In this document: piece by piece, positions 55,068-59,585 of the stretch
Position numbering within the stretch: the stretch's first letter is position 1
Layout of the letters: each line of letters opens with the position of its first letter
Assembly (NCBI GenBank): GCA_028699085.1
Contig: JAQVVF010000006.1
Coordinates: forward strand, 1-59,585
DNA: 59,585 nucleotides
Source of the DNA: Patescibacteria group bacterium
Lineage (GTDB): Bacteria; Patescibacteriota; JABMPQ01; JAQVVF01
Reading direction: 5' to 3'
The notes under the pieces: generated by a model
Database searches by the model: none
Seen by the model: the letters and a program-made list of their open reading frames with translations, nothing else
Told to the model about the DNA's origin: nothing
Made by a program: the position numbers and the translations under genes

Positions 55068-55223
55068 ATGAAAATAAAAGTTTATTGCCCAAGCTGTGGG
55101 CAGGAGTATGATTATGATGGAGAGCATGGATGGATTCAGACTAAAGAAAAAATGATGTGCCAGAAATGCAGATATAATGGATATTTTGTGAGGAAGAGAC
55201 CGAAGATTGATGAAGAAAAATAA
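55068..55223 (+). CDS. small zinc-ribbon protein (51 aa)
   Basis: CPSCG ... CQKC pairs. Start set to ATG 55068, because the ORF-track start overlaps the upstream gene. Confidence 0.5.
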   Translation: MKIKVYCPSCGQEYDYDGEHGWIQTKEKMMCQKCRYNGYFVRKRPKIDEEK

Positions 55224-55267
55224 AAAGTCAAAATTTAAAAGCAAAAAGTTACAAGTAAAAAAAAATC

Positions 55268-55296
55268 AAAAAACTGCGTCAAGAAACGCAGTTTTA
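55268..55296. terminator. bidirectional intrinsic terminator
   Basis: A-run, ACTGCGT caagaa ACGCAGT, TTTT. Sits between convergent operons. Confidence 0.7.
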
Positions 55297-55315
55297 ATTT
55301 AAATTATTTTTTGGC

Positions 55316-56494
55316 TTATTTGATTTTAACGAATTTTCTTCTGCCAATCTGGATGATATCGCCGGATTTGATTTCAGTTTCTTCTTGCCAATTACTGTTT
55401 ACTTGATCATTAATTTTGACTGCTTTTTGTTCGATCAATCGGCGTGCTTCTGATTTTGATTGGACTTGTTTAGTCTGCAAAATTAAGTCAATTAGTTTTA
55501 ATTTTTTTTCTTTTATTTCTATTTCAGGAATATCTGTCGGTTTGCCTTTATCTTTGAAAACTTGATTGAATTCTTGTTCTGCTTGGTCAGCTTGTTCTTT
55601 ACTATGATATAAAGTCACAATTTCTTTGGCTAGTCTTGCCTTTAAATCTCTTGGATTTGCGCCTTGTTCTAATTCTTGTTTAATTTTATTTACTTCTTCA
55701 AGAGGCAATTTCGTACATAATAAGAAGTAATCTGGAATTAGTTCGTCATGCATGGACATTATTTTGCCAAACATGTCATTTGGTTCATCAACTATTGTGA
55801 TTATATTGCCCCAAGATGTAGACATTTTACGGCCATCTAGTCCCAATAACATTTTGCAAGTCAGAATATCTTGCTCTGGTTGATTGAAATGTTTTTGGAT
55901 TAATCGGCCAGCTTTTAAATTAAATAATTGATCGAAACCGCCAACTTCAACATCGGATTTGATCTGGACTGAATCATAGCCTTGCATGATCGGATATAAA
56001 CATTCACGAAGTGAAATTTCTTGTTTTTTCTCAAATCTGTCTTTAAAATTTCTTCTGGCTAACATTTGCTGAATAGAAAAAATTTCTGCTAATTGTCCAA
56101 TTTCTTTAAAAGTTAAATCTTTTAGCCATTCTGAATTATAGCGGTATTCAACTTTTTTTAAATCTAAAATTTTTCCTAATTGTTCTTTGTAATTTTCAAG
56201 ATTCTTTTTTATTTCTTCTTCTGTTAAAAATGGTCTTTTTGACAATTTGTCAGAAGGATCGCCAATTTGAGCTGTAAAATCGCCGATAATCAAAACAATT
56301 TGATGACCTAATTCTTGAAGATCACGAAGTTTCCAAAGAGGAATTGCACGACCGAGATGGATTTTTGGACCAGTTGGATCAATGCCAAATTTAATTCTAA
56401 GCTTTTTAGATTCAAAAGCTTTTGTTAGATGTTCTTTTTCGATAATATCTTCGATTCCGCGAGTTAAAATTTCGTTGATTTTGTTATTGTCCAT
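55316..56494 (-). CDS. tyrS: tyrosine--tRNA ligase
   Basis: HIGH-type PKIHLGRAI, KMSKS-type KMSTSWGN, C-terminal S4-like domain (SKSEARRLIEQKAVKIN). Start set to ATG 56494; the upstream extension runs into a REP element. Confidence 0.9.
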   Translation of the reverse strand: MDNNKINEILTRGIEDIIEKEHLTKAFESKKLRIKFGIDPTGPKIHLGRAIPLWKLRDLQELGHQIVLIIGDFTAQIGDPSDKLSKRPFLTEEEIKKNLENYKEQLGKILDLKKVEYRYNSEWLKDLTFKEIGQLAEIFSIQQMLARRNFKDRFEKKQEISLRECLYPIMQGYDSVQIKSDVEVGGFDQLFNLKAGRLIQKHFNQPEQDILTCKMLLGLDGRKMSTSWGNIITIVDEPNDMFGKIMSMHDELIPDYFLLCTKLPLEEVNKIKQELEQGANPRDLKARLAKEIVTLYHSKEQADQAEQEFNQVFKDKGKPTDIPEIEIKEKKLKLIDLILQTKQVQSKSEARRLIEQKAVKINDQVNSNWQEETEIKSGDIIQIGRRKFVKIK

Positions 56495-56506
56495 ATTTTT
56501 ATGACA

Positions 56507-56576
56507 GGGTGGAGGCAAGCTCCACCCCTACGCGGGTATAATTTATCTCGCGTAGGGGCGGAGTTTATCTCCGCCC
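56507..56576. repeat. GC-rich REP doublet (two inverted REP hairpins)
   Basis: GGGTGGAG gcaa GCTCCACCC CTACGCG ... CGCGTAG GGGCGGAG ttta TCTCCGCCC. Confidence 0.75.
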
Positions 56577-56588
56577 TAATTAGATTAA

Positions 56589-57056
56589 TTAGTTATCAAA
56601 AATATAATATTTATAATCTTCTGGCTTCTTAACAAGATTTGCTTTAAGCGGATTATTGAGAATGTAATAATATTTTTCTTCTAAATCTTTTTCATTTCTA
56701 ATGATGTGGTCATAATATCCCCGTTGCCAAATTTTTTGATAGGTTTTGGAATGTAAATTTATTTCTCTGGTTGTTAATGATTTATAAGCTTGAATAATTT
56801 GTGAGAGATTTATTTTATTATTATGCGAAAGCATTATTATAACATGTAAATGGTTTGGCATAATGCAGCCTGCAGTAATTTTAAATTTAAATCTTATTTT
56901 TAATTGTACAATAATTTTTTTGATGATTAAACAAATTTGGTTATTAATAAATAATGGTTTTTTGTCGTAGGTATCTATCGTAATAAAATAATAACCTGGT
57001 GTTTTATAATTAAAATCTTTTAATCTTAGGCTGTTTTTACGAAAATTAATGTACAT
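56589..57056 (-). CDS. REP-associated tyrosine transposase (RAYT; IS200/IS605-like Y1 HUH transposase)
   Basis: HUH motif MPNHLHVII. Catalytic-Tyr region WQRGYYDHIIRNEKDLEEKYYYILNNPLKANLV..PEDYKY. Confidence 0.8.
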   Translation of the reverse strand: MYINFRKNSLRLKDFNYKTPGYYFITIDTYDKKPLFINNQICLIIKKIIVQLKIRFKFKITAGCIMPNHLHVIIMLSHNNKINLSQIIQAYKSLTTREINLHSKTYQKIWQRGYYDHIIRNEKDLEEKYYYILNNPLKANLVKKPEDYKYYIFDN

Positions 57057-57078
57057 TTTTTGTTTTTGTATATAACGA

Positions 57079-57159
57079 GGGTGGAGGCAAGCTCCACCCC
57101 TACGCGATATTGGTTTTTGTTTTGTTAAAATCGCGTAGGGGCGGAGTTTACCTTCGCCC
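57079..57159. repeat. GC-rich REP doublet, second copy
   Basis: GGGTGGAG gcaa GCTCCACCC CTACGCG ... CGCGTAG GGGCGGAG ttta CCTTCGCCC. Same orientation as 56507-56576. Confidence 0.75.
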
Positions 57160-57218
57160 TTTATAGAGATATTTTATTATCTTTTATTATAGCAAGAATG
57201 AAAAATAATTCAATTTAG

Positions 57219-58373
57219 TTAAAATTGTTTGATAACTAATTGATCTAACGATTTTTTAATTAAAGCATCAATTTCTAACTCTTGTTCATTTTTTATAACT
57301 TCTTCTAATCTAGCTTTTGTTTCTGGACTATCTGGAACAAAAAGAGAACAACAATCTCCAAAAGGTTGAATTGAAGTTTGATAAGTATCAATTTTATTAG
57401 CGATATTTATTATCTCTTCTTTGTCTAGTCCTGCTAGAGGTCGAAATATTGGCAAATTTGTGGACTGTGAAACAGCTTGGATGTTTTCAAGAGTTTGAGA
57501 GGCAACCTGGCCGATTGAATCACCAGTAACTAAGGCTTTGGCGTTTTCTTGTTCTGTGATCTTTGTGGCAATGCGCATCATCATCCTTCTGTATAAAATA
57601 ACACGAAGCTTGGCTGAGCATTTGGCAACAATTTGTTTTTGAAGATCTAAAATTGGAATTAAATATAATTTGGAATTTTGCTGATATTGATCTAAAATGC
57701 TGACTAATTTTTTGACTTGGTCTTGTGATTCTTTTGATGTTTGAGGATAGGAATGAAAATGGCAGAAAATTATTTGACAGCCACGCTTCATAATTTGGTA
57801 TGAGGCGACTGGCGAATCAATACCACCAGAAATTAAAGAAATAACATTTCCAGCTGTTTCAGTTGGCAAGCCTCCGCAAGCTTTAATTTTTTCTGAATAA
57901 ATTAAAGCTTGATCATATAAAATATCAATATAAATAGTCAGGTCTGGATTTTTTAATTTTACTTTTTTGTTCTTAAAATTATCTAAAATTACTCCGCCAA
58001 TTTGTTCATTAACATGTTGAGAAGATATCTTAAATTTTTTGTTGATGCGATTTGTTTTGATGGCAAAGGTTGTAAATTTATTTTTTTGCGCAATTGTTAT
58101 GGTTTGTTTTTTTATTTCTTCAAAATCTAATGGAATCGAATTGGCAAATGAAAAATTAGAAATACCAAAGACATGTAGTAGAGAAGTTTTAATTTTTGAA
58201 ATATCAGAACTATCTTGTTGTTCAAACAAAATTCGATCATGTAAATGAACAAGTTTAAAAGAGCCCAATTGGTCAATATGGGCTTTTATGTTTTTAATTA
58301 GTTTATTTTCGAAGATATTACGATTTCTGCCTTTTAATCCAATCTCCGAATAATGGATAATAATTGTTTGCAT
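57219..58373 (-). CDS. thiI: tRNA 4-thiouridine synthase ThiI
   Basis: HYSEIGLKGRNR N-terminal ferredoxin-like/THUMP region and PP-loop SGGIDSPVA. Confidence 0.9.
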   Translation of the reverse strand: MQTIIIHYSEIGLKGRNRNIFENKLIKNIKAHIDQLGSFKLVHLHDRILFEQQDSSDISKIKTSLLHVFGISNFSFANSIPLDFEEIKKQTITIAQKNKFTTFAIKTNRINKKFKISSQHVNEQIGGVILDNFKNKKVKLKNPDLTIYIDILYDQALIYSEKIKACGGLPTETAGNVISLISGGIDSPVASYQIMKRGCQIIFCHFHSYPQTSKESQDQVKKLVSILDQYQQNSKLYLIPILDLQKQIVAKCSAKLRVILYRRMMMRIATKITEQENAKALVTGDSIGQVASQTLENIQAVSQSTNLPIFRPLAGLDKEEIINIANKIDTYQTSIQPFGDCCSLFVPDSPETKARLEEVIKNEQELEIDALIKKSLDQLVIKQF

Positions 58374-58374
58374 T

Positions 58375-59052
58375 CTATTTAATAATTTCGTTTGGATTAT
58401 ACCAACTGTCTAGTTCTGATTGATTACTGACATAGCCTCGTAATTCAATACTTGATCCTTTGTGAATTGCAAAATGCAGATGTTTTCTTTCACCATCTGT
58501 TTCATCGGAGTACTCATTGCCTAAAACAGCGATTTGTTGACCCCTTGCAACTTGATCGCCAACAGATAAGCTTACCGAAGATAACTTAATATGTCCATAG
58601 AGAAAGGTGGCAGGCTGATTATCGATTTGTCCTTGCAAGATAATAACACCGCCATAGCCTGCAACAAAACCAAGATAAACAACTTCAGAATCTTCGACTG
58701 CAAGAACAGGAACATCTTGGTTGATTTGATCAGAATTTATTTCAATATCAACGCCGGTATGAAAGCCATAAAATCTTTCTGGTTGAACTGGTGAATTTTG
58801 GGCTGTTATAAATTGACCAAAAGTCTTTTTAGTTTGATTGGTTGTAAAATTTTGGATTGGAGTTATAAATTGTGATTGTGCTTCTGAATTTGTATCTGTG
58901 TCAGGATCTATAATATTAAGATTTTGCTTAAAATTTTGTTGTGAAGTTTTTGTTTCGTCACTAAAAAAGACAAAATAAATTGCCAAGCTAGTGATTGTAG
59001 CGGCAATTAAAATAGAAATGATTATTATAATAATTTTGATTGTTTTTGACAT
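58375..59052 (-). CDS. M23-family (LytM-type) metallopeptidase with N-terminal membrane anchor
   Basis: HTGVDIE ... HLHFAIH zinc ligand motifs. Confidence 0.85.
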   Translation of the reverse strand: MSKTIKIIIIIISILIAATITSLAIYFVFFSDETKTSQQNFKQNLNIIDPDTDTNSEAQSQFITPIQNFTTNQTKKTFGQFITAQNSPVQPERFYGFHTGVDIEINSDQINQDVPVLAVEDSEVVYLGFVAGYGGVIILQGQIDNQPATFLYGHIKLSSVSLSVGDQVARGQQIAVLGNEYSDETDGERKHLHFAIHKGSSIELRGYVSNQSELDSWYNPNEIIK

Positions 59053-59056
59053 TTTT

Positions 59057-59380
59057 TTATTCTACGACAACTGCTGTTCCATAACATAATACTTCAGTAA
59101 TTCCAGCGCCGATTTCAGTTGCGTCATAGCGAACTCCAATAACTGCGTTTGCGCCTAATTCCTTGGCATGTTCTAGCATTAAATTGTAGGCATCTTGTCT
59201 TGTTCTTTCGCACAAAGAAGTGTAGAGAGTTATATTCCCGCCAACGATTGTTTGAAAAGCAGCGCCGATTGAACCAAGGACTGATCTGGAGCGAACAATG
59301 ATACCTTTGACTAGGCCGAGATTTTTGATGATTTTTTTGTTAGGTAACTCAAAAATTGTTGTTGTGTCTTGGATTTGCAT
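59057..59380 (-). CDS. ybjQ: YbjQ-family (UPF0145) protein
   Basis: [42 protein letters not shown]. Confidence 0.88.
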   Translation of the reverse strand: MQIQDTTTIFELPNKKIIKNLGLVKGIIVRSRSVLGSIGAAFQTIVGGNITLYTSLCERTRQDAYNLMLEHAKELGANAVIGVRYDATEIGAGITEVLCYGTAVVVE

Positions 59381-59585
59381 AAATTTTTAGAAAAACTAAT
59401 TTGTGAAATATTGAATGATCTTATCATTGTTAAATATGATAATTATTAAAACTGATACTGTAAATTATACTAGCGTTGTTGACACTTTTAATAAAAAGAA
59501 AGGTTGGTTAAAATAGTTAGTGAGTATAGAAAATATTAACTAATTAACCAGACCTCTCTATGCACAAGAATACCAGATTATTGCC

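Noticed and set aside
35863-59585. Search for 23S/5S rRNA downstream of tRNA-Ala
   Set aside because: The whole stretch is accounted for by protein-coding genes, and no conserved 23S strings were seen. The rRNA genes appear to be unlinked rather than missed.

Overview
AT-rich bacterial chromosome segment. G+C looks to be in the low-to-mid 30s % by eye; I did not compute it. The gene content and rRNA features fit a Candidate Phyla Radiation / Patescibacteria-type genome. Housekeeping genes: rpsA, tilS, ftsH, a UvrD-like helicase, nusA, a membrane pyrophosphatase, tig, rpmF-nusB-rnc, rlmE, smc, rpsP-KH-trmD, a class A PBP, the dnaA-dnaN origin region, yebC-ruvC, tyrS and thiI. RNA genes: a stand-alone 16S rRNA with helix expansions, tRNA-Val(GAC), tRNA-Ile(GAU), tRNA-Ala(UGC), a degenerate tRNA-Val-like copy, and a tRNA(CAU) split by a 616-nt IC3 group I intron that carries an antisense HNH gene. 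Accessory content worth a second look: (1) a tightly packed operon at 45.3-55.2 kb. It encodes a PKD/7TM membrane protein, four consecutive ATP-grasp ligases (one fused to a DTGA retropepsin-like domain), a GH130 phosphorylase, two GT4 glycosyltransferases and a zinc-ribbon protein. This is my best candidate for an undescribed peptide/glycan-building system. (2) Fourteen orphan ORFs with canonical GGAGG Shine-Dalgarno sites, most also visibly GC-richer with their own sigma70-like promoters and terminators. They sit among SD-less, often apparently leaderless housekeeping genes, and include a tandem three-member paralog family at 15.6-17.5 kb. (3) Long AU-rich intergenic hairpins with strand-specific G-U wobbles. 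One repeat family brackets a four-helix-bundle (23S IVS protein/Avd-like) gene with perfect 26-bp inverted repeats. (4) A RAYT (IS200-like Y1 transposase) flanked by GC-rich REP doublets. No CRISPR array, prophage or recognisable defence system was seen.
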